Below are positions 36,628-49,359 of a stretch of DNA of 64,000 nt, in pieces. The notes beneath the pieces are model-generated. The model made no database searches. It saw only the letters and a list, made by a program, of their open reading frames with translations, and had not been told where the DNA came from. The DNA is from Polymyxa betae A26-41 (lineage: Eukaryota; Protista; Endomyxa: Phytomyxea), in assembly GCA_003693705.1 (NCBI GenBank), contig RBZT01000564.1, forward strand, positions 32,322-96,321, read 5' to 3'. Numbering within the stretch: position 1 is the stretch's first letter; each line of letters begins with the position of its first letter. Both the position numbers and the translations under genes were made by a program.

Positions 36628-36986
36628 ATGATTTCTCGTGCTCGTTGCTTCGCGGTTAGGAATCTATCGGTTTCGGCAGTGCCCTCCGACGTCGTTCGCG
36701 CTGTCACTGCAAAACATCAAATTAGCGACTGGGACCTCCCATGGCCAGATCTTCAACTTAAAACCAAAGTCGCCAGCTTTGGGGTGTTTCTGATTGCAGC
36801 TCTAATGAGATTTTGTTATAGGTTATCACGGATTGCATGCAGGAATTGAAAGTCGCTGTCCCGTCCAATGTTCTATCGTTCGTGTCAAGCCCAGCTAAGC
36901 TGACCGAGTATTTTGTAGAACAGATAAAGGCCATATCGGAGGCTGAAAAGCCAGTAAAGCTGCCGCCAAACCTAAAGATTGAGTAA
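36628..36986 (+). CDS. Mitochondrial ribosomal protein mL50-like; intron 36769-36821
   Basis: Spliced: ...WPDLQLKTK|VITDCMQELKVAVPSNVLSFVSSPAKLTEYF...LPPNLKIE*, matching the mL50 pattern (D..LK..., VPN..L, LPPNL.I). Confidence 0.7.
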
Positions 36987-37451
36987 ATTCTCTGGCGTTT
37001 CGCCTATCTCGCTAGTTGCCCAACATCGTTTCTGTTAGAAGGCTGTATTCATCTCATAGCTTTTTGTCGCTATCTTCGTGTTTAATCCAATCAAATTTTA
37101 ATTTGGCTGTTTTAACAGTCTTCTGCGTCTTTGCCTTCAATCTTAGGGCAATAATCGTTAACAGCAGTTGAATCCGAAACCAGGTTATGATAGGTTTGTA
37201 AGTTTATTTTACTACTCGCTACTGTTTAACAATTACCAAGCAGTTCAACAAATACTCGGTCATTTCTGAGATTATTAGTCACCATATCTCTGAAAACGAA
37301 GAGTTGCAAATCCTAACCTGTGACGATATTTGGGGAAGCATGATGAAGACGCTCAAGGAGGCTCCATGCATTGACTCCTATTGCTGTACACATACGCAGT
37401 ATTTGAACTTAACCTTTGGAGTTCTTCTGATCTCGTCTTACTCTCCATACG

Positions 37452-37816
37452 ATGTTGACCAGTCGCTCCGTTCTTCTCCTACTGCTGGCCTTCGTCGCGG
37501 TTTCCCTAGTCTGTGCGGAGACGACCACCGGCACCAAGGCGGAATCCAAGAAGGTCTCTGTCGGAAACTACTTGGTCAAAGTCCAGGACCATGTCAAGGC
37601 CCTTGTTAAAAGCGTGAAGGTCAGATAGATGCAGAGTGAGGATATTGGCTACGTTTTCTAATTTCGATTTGCCAGAATGTTCATCAACAAGACCCATATG
37701 TCGTCTACGCCTTAGTTGCGTCCGGATTCGTTCTTGGAGGGTTGTTCTACCTTGTCTTCTCGCCTTCAAAGTCCAACCACCGCAAGCCATCCGGATTCAA
37801 GCGAAAGCAGAAATAA
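37452..37816 (+). CDS. Small type-I membrane protein with signal peptide and C-terminal KxKxx; intron 37620-37675 (missed by ORF track)
   Basis: MLTSRSVLLLLLAFVAVSLVCA...KSVK|NVHQQDPYVVYALVASGFVLGGLFYLVF...GFKRKQK*. Confidence 0.7.
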
Positions 37817-38688
37817 GCTTTGAACTCGAAGCCCTCCAGTTTCTCTGAAATAAACTCTACCAGATTTTTTTACTGCTATGGAAAGCGGATCTGTTTTGCT
37901 CCGACCGAACTCAGCTTTGCATCGCAAACGCCACAATTTTTTGCCATTCCATCCTGCAGCAATTATCTCTGTGTCGACTCCAATTGTTTATGGTGCCTTG
38001 GTGCATCTTTTGTCGAGTCGTCACGATTTGATAAGTAATAGCTCTCCGCTTAATACAATAGTTCAATCCCATTTATACTGGACCTGAGATCCGGACGCAA
38101 TACCGCCTGTGAGTAAACGTCGAATATACACTACAGTGCCTCCTCAAAACAGAAGCAAAACTGCTGTTTTCGTAGACAATGCCAGTAAATCGAAGTACCA
38201 TAAAAAAAACAGGGAAAAAGGTATACTACTGATTACTGAACTGTTGTTAAGATTATGCTTTCTCACAATCTCATCCATCAACAAAAGCAAATTGTCAATC
38301 CGGGCATACGGAGACAATAACACCATGGTGTTATTTTCGGGTTAAGACGGTAGGGTCAAAAGCCCTGAATTGTCAATTTGGGTCCTTTTACACAATAATC
38401 AAGCGCTTTTTTCGCATCAGGTTAAGCTCGCGGTCCCGTCTAACACGGTGTTTGATATCAGACGTGGGTTTCAGGGCCGTTGTTTTCAGTATTCGCCATC
38501 GTCGATAGAACTAAAGTAATTATTTTGTCGTGTCGTCACGATTTGATGATTACAATCTCTCTCCCTTTATTACTAGAGCTCAATCTCTTTTATTGTGGAT
38601 CAGTTCATCTCGGCCGAAAATATTCATCTAAGTTTCGAACGCAATCAATACGACCTGCGACTAACATCAAATAAACACAATCATCAAA

Positions 38689-39303
38689 ATGCTGCCGAGT
38701 CCAGCCGAAACGGTAGAAATGGGCACTTCCATTCGTCGCTCTGTCATTCAACAAGAGACCCTCGAAGTTTCCAAAGTTCTTCAGGATGCTAGTGCGATTG
38801 CTCGAAACCATCTCTCAAACGAAAGAACTTATCTTGTAAATGAAGCATTATCTGTTTTAGAACTGTTCTCTGAAGGTTATTCAGTCATGGATACGAACTG
38901 TCATGACATTTGTAGGTAAGCTGTTTGTATGGCTGTACAACAATTCAGTTTCAAAAGAAACTCACAGGGATAGCTTTTTTGATGACTGCTTTTAGGATTC
39001 GGGCTGGTATTCACGAGGTTGTCGGGAGGAATTCCTTCGCTTGCTATCGGCGTCGCCTTTATTATATCCGGGCTGATTCTTCTAGGACAAGCGTTATATC
39101 GTTATCATATCGTATGTGCATGCAACTTGGTCTCAAATTGCACTGATGATGTACAGCTAAAGCGGGCGCTGATGACAGGCAACTATCAATCATCGACTTC
39201 ATCGATTGCGGTGACAACCGTCATCACATTGGTTTCCACATTGGCGACCTTAATCGTCCTTATTGTTTATGCAAAGCAATTTCTACCTGAGAAGCAAGTT
39301 TAA
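38689..39303 (+). CDS. DUF202 (YidH/Vtc1-like) small membrane protein, multi-exon
   Basis: ARNHLSNERTYL signature followed by three TM segments. Confidence 0.8.
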
Positions 39304-39924
39304 TCTATGTGTTGTCATTGTTTCACGATAAACCAAACAAATCTCAAAGCCTTAAAATTCAAGGCTACTTTTTAAGTCCAATTGAATGGCTAGAAACACA
39401 ATCGGCAGGCAATACTATTTATCAGAAGCAGCTTCAGTCAATTTTAATAGAAGCGTGGCAAGCAACGAAAGCAGGTTAGCGCGGCCTGTCCCAGACTGTA
39501 ACGATTGTATCTTCCCCAAGAGCGGCGAGAAGCTGATGCTTTCGGTCGCAATTTGGGATACGGGGCAGCCCAGAGGCATCTGGGATTTACTATTTGTTAA
39601 TGCCAAGCCATTTCTCACGGTTATGAGCCGGAAAGCAGCTTCCAGCATTGGTTAAGATGACCACAGTAAACGCGAGAAACTTTCGATTTGTTCAGCTGGC
39701 TAAAAAGTTAGCGTAGCGCAAATAAATTTGCGCGACTCTTTCGAAATTGACAAACGATACGAATTGGCGGAATTGCTCAGACTCGTTTTCCAAAGCGACT
39801 GCGCAGAAACGAAATAGTGCGTCACGATTCTGTCATTTCTGACTGGATTCCTTTCATTCTGGATTTTTTCCGCCCTGTCCTAGAGGGCGCACGTCCCTTG
39901 GTTTGACGGTCGGCGCCCTTGGCG

Positions 39925-42390
39925 ATGCTCGTGACTCCAGCTCCTGCTGGTGTCAATGAGCATCATGTGAAGAGCTGCGACGTTACAGACGAGGTCCTGG
40001 TCTTGTTCGGGTCGCAGACCGGCGTCGCACTATGTTCGTAATGTTTTCGAAGCAGGTCGCCTGATAGTTTATTAAAGAAGTTTCTTAGCTGCCGCCAGGC
40101 ATTTACACGATCAGTTAAAGAAGGCATCGGTCTCTTCGAGTATGGGCTGTCTCATTCAGTTCGAGTTTTATATGGCTCGAAAGCCGGCTGTAGTCGTCTT
40201 CGTCAGCAGCACGTTCTTAGACGGTGGCGCTCCCGAAAACGCTGTCCTGTTCAAAGATTTTCTTGACCGCGACGATCCTACGACGATTCGGAAGATGTTC
40301 TCGTCGGTTTCGTACGCCGTCCTTGGCGTCGGCCATTCGATGTGGCCGAAATTCTGTCAGTTCGGGAAAGAGATCGATGAGAGACTGGCCGCTTCCGGTG
40401 CCAGGCGACTCCAACCTCGATTAGACGCCGATTCTGTGGATGAAGAAAGACGTCAGGTTGTCTCTATCTATCGTCTCTATGCGGCGGATATTGATTGAGC
40501 TCTTTAGGAAGATATTGAGCGATGGATTCAGTCGTTGGTCGCTCAGATTGTCCCGATGACAAATCGGGAGACGGATATCGAGGAGACTCTCTCACTATGC
40601 AGCGCCTCTGCTGAGCAATGTTGCCATTTCAGGTCAGCGATTCACCTCGAATCGGACCGGCGCCTTCTCACCTCGCAAAGATGTGCGCTGGCAGCCGAAT
40701 GCGATCCGCACGACGACCGCGAGGCGTCTCCGTCTAGGCGAGACGCACATTTCGAAGCGGCACGGCGCCTGCATGGTAGCGGCGTTCGCCAGGCCGTGCT
40801 GGTCCACAGCGCTTACATCTGCAGAGCGCAGCAGAGACGCGTCCTGCATTTGGAGCTCGAGGTTACGCCCGACTGCGCCTACGAGCCCGGCGATTGCGTC
40901 GCGGTTCCGTGCGCCAACCCCAACGCCATCGTCCGATCGCTGCTGTCCATCGTAGGTTGTCGCGATTGCGTGCGGATGCCGCCTAAAACCTCTCCTAGCT
41001 CGATCTGAAGCCGTCCACGCCCGTCTCGGTCCCGTTCGTCGCTGGGAAATGCGCGCTGTCCTGGGCGCTGACCTTCTGCCTCGATATCTGCTCGGCGCCA
41101 TCCGGTACTGTACTCAAGGCATTGTCCAGGTCGGGCTATCTCCATTTCGTATGCCCGTACCCGCCCATCAACATTTCAACAGGTTGTCTGCTGCCAAAAA
41201 TGCCGGCCAGCTGCAAAGATTCTGCGCTGGGACTCGGCCGGTCATACACAACGTCGGCTTTCTGGATTTTCTGCTGTTTGCTCGCTCTTATTCAACTATA
41301 GATGGTGGATCTGTTCGCCAAGTATAGCAGCTTGAGACCGACCGCTGATGAGCTCGTTCAGCTCTTAGATCCGTTGGCGCTGCGCTACTACTCGATCGCA
41401 TCGTCGCCGTATTACTACCCGAATCACATCCATCTTACGGTCAGCGCCCCTTCGATAATACGCGCGCAATGAGCTCACGTTGGTTGCTGAAGGTCGCTAT
41501 CTCTGGAGACGAAACGCCAAGTGTGACTCCATGCACGACGACCCAGGGACTATGCACAGGCTATCTCGAGTCGTGCCATGCTAAACGATGCGCGAAGTCA
41601 TCAGCGGCCGTCACGATCCCGTTTTTCATCCGGTCAAATCGTCAACTAAAATTACCGTGCTTTGATCGGCCATCGTCGCATGGTGAGACTTTGCTGATCT
41701 GTAAATTGTGGATTGCTAACCACCGACAGCGCTCGTCATGATTGGTTGCGGTGTTGGAATTGCACCATTTCGCGCCTTTCTCCAACACATTCCTGAAGGT
41801 AAGATTGAATTATTTGTCGTTCTTGGGTTTGTTTCTGTATTGCCTGTTGTTTCTTTGGCCGCGGGTCTCTTTCATTTTACGTCATTTTCATGCTTCCTTG
41901 TCGGTTTAGTTAAGAGCTTTCACTTTAGGCACTGTAAAATCGTATTTATTCTTCGGGTTTCGTGACAATCAAGATGATTATCTCTACAAGGACGAATGGG
42001 GCTTGTCTCCCTCCATCGAATTATTCGAAGTAGCATTCTCCCGTCTGCAATCATCCAAGTTTCGCTATGTTCAGGTTTGCAATTTCGACATCTGGTCTTT
42101 GAGTCGTACTGTTAACTTTCGCAGGATGCTTTACGAGCACGCGCAAACGATTTGGTGGAGTTGATCAGTTCAGGCGCTGTATTCTTCGTTTGCGGTTCTT
42201 TGTCGGTGTGTGGCGTTTGCTTTCTTAAGTCATTGAATTTCATGTCGTCTTATAGATGGCTTCTGACGTCTACGAGTGCTTCCTATCAGATATTCTTTGC
42301 GGCGCCGCCGGATTGTCAAGGCTAGAAGCGATTGAAGCTATGGAGAAGAAAATCCTTCAAGGACGATACATGGTCGAAGCTTGGGATTGA
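39925..42390 (+). CDS. NADPH-dependent diflavin reductase (flavodoxin + FAD + NAD domains; methionine synthase reductase/CPR-like), multi-exon
   Basis: LFGSQTG, VSSTFLDGGAPENA, YAVLGVGHSMWPKFCQFGK, RYYSIASSP, GLCTGYL, MIGCGVGIAPFRAFLQH, LFFGFRD..DDYLYKDE, YVQD, GRYMVEAWD*. Confidence 0.88.
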
Positions 42391-43017
42391 GCATTGTATT
42401 TTTAAATATATTAGTCAACGTTTATGATATATTAGTCAACGTAAGCACTTTTTTGTCTCACCCCGACGGCATTAACGCAGCCTTCACTTTTGAGTGTCGA
42501 AATTATGATTCTGAGTGATGATATCGAACATTTTTTTCGTCGTTCCTTTGATTTGGACGTTGGATTAAGGTTGCAGTTAAGCTCTCAGTCTGTATTAAGG
42601 CTCTGGCGATAGTACCCAAAGTTCGGCACTTTTGAAGTATAAAATGCGGAGTCCGTTGCGGACTTTGCTCAGATCGTCATGATCTCGTCTGCACAATCGA
42701 ATCGATTCTTCTCACCCTTTCCTGATTGCTATTCGAGGTTCGTAGACTGTTTCCTCCTCTTTTCAGCCAATGCATATGGCAGCGACTAGATTATGCCCAC
42801 CTCTGGTCGGAGCTCCAATAATCATAGCCGCATCTGCTTTCATTGAAGGTTTTCTTCATTCTCATGCAAACAGCAATATCTTTGATATGGGCATCGAGTC
42901 AGCGAACCTCCGAGTTGTATGACTCGATCACCGTGGAGCGCTTGTGTTAAAGAAGCCCAACAAATTTTTCGAGATTCTTTCGTTCTCTTTGCTGACATCG
43001 GCTTGTGTTTAGGCTGA

Positions 43018-43335
43018 ATGGGTAAGCCACAAGGTCGTAGCGGTAGAACCGCCAAGCACAAAGAATACAAGAAGGCTCGCAGGACGCGTTGCCGCTCCAA
43101 AGACATCGACCAGATCCAGGACGAGATCGTATTGCACTCGGCGGGGAAGTTGTCGACGGCCCTGGATCCCGACCTGCCTGCCATGGGCCAAATTTCGTGC
43201 ATTCCCTGCGCGCGATATTTCGTTTCGCGGACCGTCCTCGACCAGCACTGTCGGACAAAGGACCACAAAAAGCGTTTGAAGACGGTTGCTGAGCCCCAAT
43301 ACACCCAGGCTGAGGCTGAGCGCTGCTCTCTGTAA
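43018..43335 (+). CDS. ZNF593: Zinc finger protein 593 / Bud20 (pre-60S factor)
   Basis: KDIDQIQDE...DPDLPAMGQISCIPCARYF....LDQHCRTKDHKKRLK....YTQAEAE. Confidence 0.92.
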   Translation: MGKPQGRSGRTAKHKEYKKARRTRCRSKDIDQIQDEIVLHSAGKLSTALDPDLPAMGQISCIPCARYFVSRTVLDQHCRTKDHKKRLKTVAEPQYTQAEAERCSL

Positions 43336-43521
43336 ATATACTATTTATTCAGTTCTCTAATTATAAAGAAGAAAATCTGTGGCGTTTCTATTATTTTCAA
43401 ACATGTGAATATTGACTGCTCTCAGCAAGAGCTGGTTGCTTTGAAACTGAACCCAGGTCGCTTTCTTGAGATATGGGCTAGTACCTGTTACGCTGGAAAA
43501 ATATCTAGAAGGGAATCGGAA

Positions 43522-45093
43522 ATGTCGAGCACCTTAATTGAGGATGGCGTCGCTACACTCGAAGACCTGCAGCATCGCTTACGGGGACTGGAGCACCGAT
43601 GCTGGCCGGTGCAGGGATTCCGACTAGATGACGGCGCTGCAGAACAGATGACGAAATCAATGCAGACGACACTGAATAACCAAGTTCGATCGCTCGCGAG
43701 CGTCATTGATTTCGACAAACCCGTGAGGGCATTGAAGGCCATCGACGTCTACGAACTAGATTTGTCACTTGCACGGTGTCGACAACTTCAGCGTGAAATC
43801 GACGCCACATCGACGCCGGCACCCGGAGAAGATTGGAAGCAGCAAGCGCAAGCGTTCTCCAGACGCATAGCACAGTTGGAGCTGCGTTTGCATCGCTTCA
43901 ACATTCACTTCTCGGAGACAAAGGTCCAAAACAACCGCCTTCGTCAGGTTCTAGATCGTGATCATATTGACCTGGAAGCCGACCTGCGCCTTTGCGATCA
44001 TCTCGGCAGCCGTCTAGCACGTCATCAGGGGCGCGTCGCCAAAGCTGTCGCTGACAATGTCGCCCTGCTGGACGCTCGCGATAGTCGCTGCATCCGACTG
44101 GCAGAACTGGCTCAAACCACAGACAGCGATCTGGCCCAGTTCCAGCGCCAATGGGCAATCACCGATCAGCTGTTGCTGGACCATGTAGGAAAGGTTTCTC
44201 GTGGTGATTGCGGCAGCTGAGGGTGCCTTATAGGACGAAGGACGCCTGAAGCAGCCGCCGGCGCCCAACCTCCAGTATCTCGATCAAGAAACTGCATTGC
44301 AGATTAAGTCTGTTGCTGATATAAAGGCCAGGGCGCTCTGGGCCATCGCCACCGATGCCGGCTGTCGCTCTGTCGCCGAGCGCCAGATGGAGGCACTGTG
44401 GGCCTTCATGCAAACCGTTCTAAACGGAACCGATCAGGACGATATCGAAACGCTTATCGCCGCGTTCGAAACCAGCGACCGTAAATGCACTGAGCTACTG
44501 CAAGAGCTATCGCGATTACAAGCGACGCGGAACGAACTGGAACGTGAAAATATGCGACCTCCAGCAACAGCGAATGGCTCGGTGACGGCTCCGACGACAA
44601 ATGAACTGTCGATGGACGCTATGAAGGACGTCTTGGCTGACCTCGAGAGAGAGAGGATAATGATTTGGAGTCAGATGGAGACGATTCTGGAGAAGGTTCA
44701 GAGGGTAAGTGCAGGGTGGTCGCGCCGCTTCCTTTATAAATGGAGCCGCGTCCCTTCTTTGTAAAGGGAAGCGGGACCCGCTTCCCTTTTACGAGGAGTA
44801 ACATTACATTTTGACCATTCTTATAGTTGGTGGATCTGTTCGGCGCCGGCTTCCAGGGACCAACTCGGGTTCGCGACTACAACCTCGAAAAGGTCCTTGA
44901 CGTCCTGGAGCAGAGCGTCTACAGTCTTCTGGACGCCTGGGGCAAGCATCATCAAGATCCGGCGGCGTGTGTCGTGGTCGAGAACGACGAGCCCGAACCC
45001 GGCCCTGAAGATTCATACATCAAGATCGACGATCGAATGCTGCCGACGACTGATAGCAGGACGTTTCTGACAGAGATGGATTCAAGCGGTTAG
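43522..45093 (+). CDS. ODAD1/CCDC114 (ODA-DC2)-like coiled-coil protein, divergent; introns near 44194-44233 and 44705-44826
   Basis: IAQLELRLHRFNIHFSETKVQNNRLR, DDIETLIAAFETSDRK, VRDYNLEKVLDVLEQSVYSLL parallel the CCDC114/ODA1 blocks. Confidence 0.55.
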
Positions 45094-45117
45094 GGTTTAG
45101 GGTTGTTAATATACAGG

Positions 45118-45968
45118 TTAGGTTCGCCTTCTCAGAACGAACGTGTAGACGGGATGAAGATCTTTCGGGAAGCCTTCTTGGACGCGAGTCTTTACCAGAA
45201 TCAGTTGCGTCCGCCGGAATAGCGCCTGGAATTGATCCAGCGTTCGTGTCACGTTGTTGTCGTCGGCGTCGAGGAAGAACTCGCGCCGCGCCACATTCTC
45301 TTTCAGGACGACGACGGCGTTGGGGCTGAAGAGCGCCGCCGCGCATCGATCCAGGAACTGTTCAAGATCGGCGTCGGTTAGATAGCCGACGACCCATTGG
45401 ATCCAGATCAGGTCATAGAAATCCGGCGTCGGCGTGAACGCCTGCAGGCCGTCTTGGTAGAACGTCTTCATGCTCGGATGCGAAGCGAGCGTCGCCCGAG
45501 CCGCCTCGATATGCGAAGGCGACTGCTCGACGAGGTCGACATGCTGGAACAGCGGCAGCAGAAGCCCCTTCACGATTCTGCCAATACCAGAGCCACAATC
45601 TGTAGCAATAGTTTAAAATCTTTCTTTTGAAATAAAAAATGCTTTTACCTAAAGCTCGATTCCGATTTAAACCAGGCAACGAGCATATCAGCTTCTTTGA
45701 AGATTGCAGGTCGATTTCAGAGATGTGACCGAATCCCTATGTAGTGATGGTTGGAAGAAAGACGGCAGCGGTTGTGAGATGCACCTACGCCGAGAACGCC
45801 ATCGTCGGTAAGCTCGCTGCGTTCCCAGTACTGGCGACTTTTTTCGTACCATTGGTCGTCGTCGTGGCCTGGGACGACGCTTGTTGGCTTCGCAGATGGC
45901 GAATGCCGCCATACATCACTAATCGTCCTATAGCGATGGCCCGAGTTACTATATCCCCCTTGTGACAT
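45118..45968 (-). CDS. NTMT1: Alpha N-terminal protein methyltransferase (NTMT1/Tae1), 3 exons
   Basis: WYEKSRQYWE....[82 protein letters not shown]. Confidence 0.93.
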
Positions 45969-46313
45969 TATTAAAAAGTCGACCGCTAACGTAGTCTTCC
46001 GAGCGCAAACCAACTCGAAAGATCACCAATTGTTTTCGATGGCAAAATCACGGACTGCGACAAGATTAGGAGAAGCACAAAAAAATGTGCGCTGTGGGAG
46101 AAATTCATTGTGCGTGAGTCCGTAAAGAGAAAATTCCCTCCAATCAGCCGAGTGGAGGAACGAATTGGAACCATTAAAGAACCCAGAGGCGTCGCAAACA
46201 GCTAAAATGTCAATGCAATTTGGCAGAGAGTTCGTCACCAAACTCTATTTGGCGGGTGATGAACTGCGAGTTTCAAACATGTAAATGCTATAATTATTTA
46301 TTACTTACTATAG

Positions 46314-48410
46314 CTAATCATTATCTCCATCGAACATGTAGAATTCGGATTGTCTCCTGGATGAAGGCAACGCCAGATGCGACTGCCGCCTGCTTACGGA
46401 CGATTTACGTTGCGACATTCGTCGAGCCGAAGGACCACCGATAACAGCTCGCACAAACATGTTCATGGCGTTATCGGCGGATGAGATCATGGATCGACGC
46501 AGCGTCGAATGACGTTTTCCAGCGGTCATTTCGTCGTCGGGCTCAGCATCCGATAAAGTTGGGATGCAGATCTCCACGCCGATTTGATTGTCGAACGAGT
46601 CGTCGAACGTCACCGTCCCTGTCCCGGAGCTGTCATCGGCACTAGACTTGATGTGATGCATCTGGCAGCGGAATCAGTATAGGCATTTCCAACCAAAACA
46701 CAAACAAGAATCTCTGCAAATTTTAGTAAAAGCGCACAAACGAAAAGGTGCGGGAAATGCCTCTCGACAACTCCTGTAAAAAAATACAATTGCAACGGTA
46801 AAAAAGTACAATTGCGGAACTGAAAACAGAAACCGTAAGCACTGCGCAGGTTTTGGAATTAAAAGGTGCGTAAAATCAAGCGTAACGACAGCCCAACTCA
46901 TTGGCATCCTTCACTTACATCTTTGTATGCTGCTACGAGGTCATAGACATATGTCTCGAGGATCTCCAGGCCATCCTTCAAGGTCACGGTCTGGTTCGGC
47001 TCGACCAAGTACAGAACCGTGTCCCGGATGCCCTCGGTGATCAGTTTCAGGTCACGTGAGGACTCTGCATCGATCTGGGCGAGCTCGCCCAGGTTCGTCT
47101 GGATGGCCGCGATTCGCTCGGCGAGTTCGTCGCTTGCTGCATCCCCAGCCGGTTCCATCGATGGCACTCTCGTCCTCTTCCCGGATTCGGCGGCCAGCAG
47201 CGCGTCTTTCAGCTTCGCGAGATCATTCGCCTCCGTAAACAAATGGAACGTCTCCTGTTCCTGTATAGACGTTCTTTTAAAGCTAGATCGAAGATACCAA
47301 AGGCTAAAACCTGCTCTTGGAACAGTTTGATGAGCTTATCGAGGTCGTCAATGCCCGTCGCTGCCCGAAACTCGTCGAACATGGCCTCATAGCGATGAAT
47401 CTCGGCCTGCTTCGACGTCGTCGATCGCAGCGTCGCCAACCGATCTAAATCCGCCTTTGTCTGCTTCTTCAAATACGGATTATGCTGGACGCTATCGTCA
47501 TTGGGTTCATTCGTCCCCATGCGAAGCGCCTGACGTTTGCTAATCACCCTGGCGTGCATCTCCTTCGTCTGATCGGCCATGAGCTGTGCCAGCGCGCCCC
47601 AATCTGCCTGAAACGAACTGTGCCATTGCTCCGAGGTGCGTTGGATCCCCGCGAGCGTCTCCTGCGATCTGACGTTGTGCAGGACGGCGTCGTCATAAGC
47701 GGCCGTCACATCACAGATTCTTTGCTGAATGTCAGCCAGCTGCTGTGTCAAGCTCGCCTATCAGAATTGTCAGCGGTGTTACTTTGGAGATAGCGGTGGC
47801 GACCGACTTGGACCGTATCGGCAATTATGATATCGCGACGCATCGTCTCCTGCTGATGCTTGAACGATTCGTTGACGGCGTGCATGTCGTTGTTCTTCAG
47901 CAAGCTTCGCTGGAGACGGTTCTCGAGGCGTTGGATGGCGCCCTGGTTCTTGCGATCTTGCGCAAGCTGCAGAATCTCGCTACCTTGCTGCAGCTTCAAG
48001 TCGGTGAGCTGATCCTGGCAGGCATCGATCTCGGCGTTCACTGCTTCGAGCTTCTGCTGCTGTTTACGAACCTGCGCCGATAGATTGTTGGCGTGATCCA
48101 GGCTGATCTTGCACGCTTTGGCGTTATGCAGCGCCTCGTCCGAGGCGAATTTCACTTCCTGACAAAGGTCGTCATTCAGCCTTGACATCTTGGACAGCTG
48201 CATCTGACGAGCTCTGCGATTTCGTGAGATTTATTCGGTTTTGAAAGGCGATTACCTTTGCAGGGCGACCGATTTCCGAACGATGTTCTGCGGCCGTTTG
48301 ATTCGCTGCTGGATGTCGCGAATCACGTTCGTGACGGACGACGGCCCGGTCGTCCAAGGACGTGGCGGTGGCGGCCGGGCAGCATGCGAGTCGGCGACTT
48401 CGTCGTCCAT
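46314..48410 (-). CDS. Second ODAD1/CCDC114-like coiled-coil protein, multi-exon (start approximate; last intron ~46662-46918)
   Basis: IQRLENRLQRSLLKNNDMHAVNESFKHQQETMRRD, YEAMFDEFRAATGIDDLDKLIKLF, LKDGLEILETYVYDL. Confidence 0.7.
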
Positions 48411-49359
48411 GGCGACCAGGATATTTCCCACGAACGTCAGTAGGCCGTTGCCAAGATATTGTTGTCGAGGCATGACTCATCGTTGACGACATTTTATAGG
48501 AAATCGATACAGCTTCTGGGAACATCAAATTAAATTTAGTTCGAAGTAGTTGCAACGCGTTGTAAAATTTGCCAATTATGCATTTATGCTGACCAAGAAA
48601 TTGGATTTTTATATACATTTTCTAAAGATCGATGAGTAACGAATGCCGTCTCTTTCTCAAGATGAAAGCCCGCCTGCAAGAAAGGCACTTATTTCCGGTT
48701 GCCGACCATCGCTTCTTAGACTAAGAGGGAGTTGCAAAAAACGCATTGCTTAGTCGTTCCAAAAACTCAATAACCACCATCTAATTCTGATGGGCAAACA
48801 GAATTCGGCAATAATTGAATGAGAGGTGCGCACTGTGATATAGAATGTGCGCGACTCAATGGAAGTGTCAGTTCTGTTTGTTTCAAATTTTGCCTACCGG
48901 TAGATGAATGAAAGAACCATCTGACTTTTATATGACGCAAAAATCTCTGCTCAAACTCGGTCAGCACATTACTGTATTATTCTCAGCATTACTACTTTCG
49001 ATAATGAGAACGCGAACTCTTTATTTTGGCAAGAGTAAACGCTACTGCTGGTTTGTCATTTAACGTTCTGTCGAATGCCTAGGCGCGACAGTTAACGAAG
49101 CCAGCCATGTCTATGGAATGTCCCAGGTGATAAAGCCGCAGAGCCTGAGAGAGATGTGATGAGACGATTGACAAAATGGGCACGCAATTGACGACTTGAT
49201 CAGAAAAAGTTTGCATTTTATCACAAAAAGTGCGGTGTATGTTTGCAACTCGCAAGTCGCAACAAAATAATCCAGCGCACTTTATTAGAAAGTGCGTGGA
49301 TATACTTTCAGCTGGGGGTCCACTTTAGATCGTCTACTGTGCTATTTCCTCGTCGTCGG

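Noticed and set aside
42406-42442. 16-bp tandem duplication atatattagtcaacgt
   Set aside because: Simple slippage duplication in a 3' UTR with no further structure
45088-45105. Telomere-like ttagggtttagggtt between convergent genes (similar motif in an intron near 24688-24707)
   Set aside because: Only about two units; expected by chance
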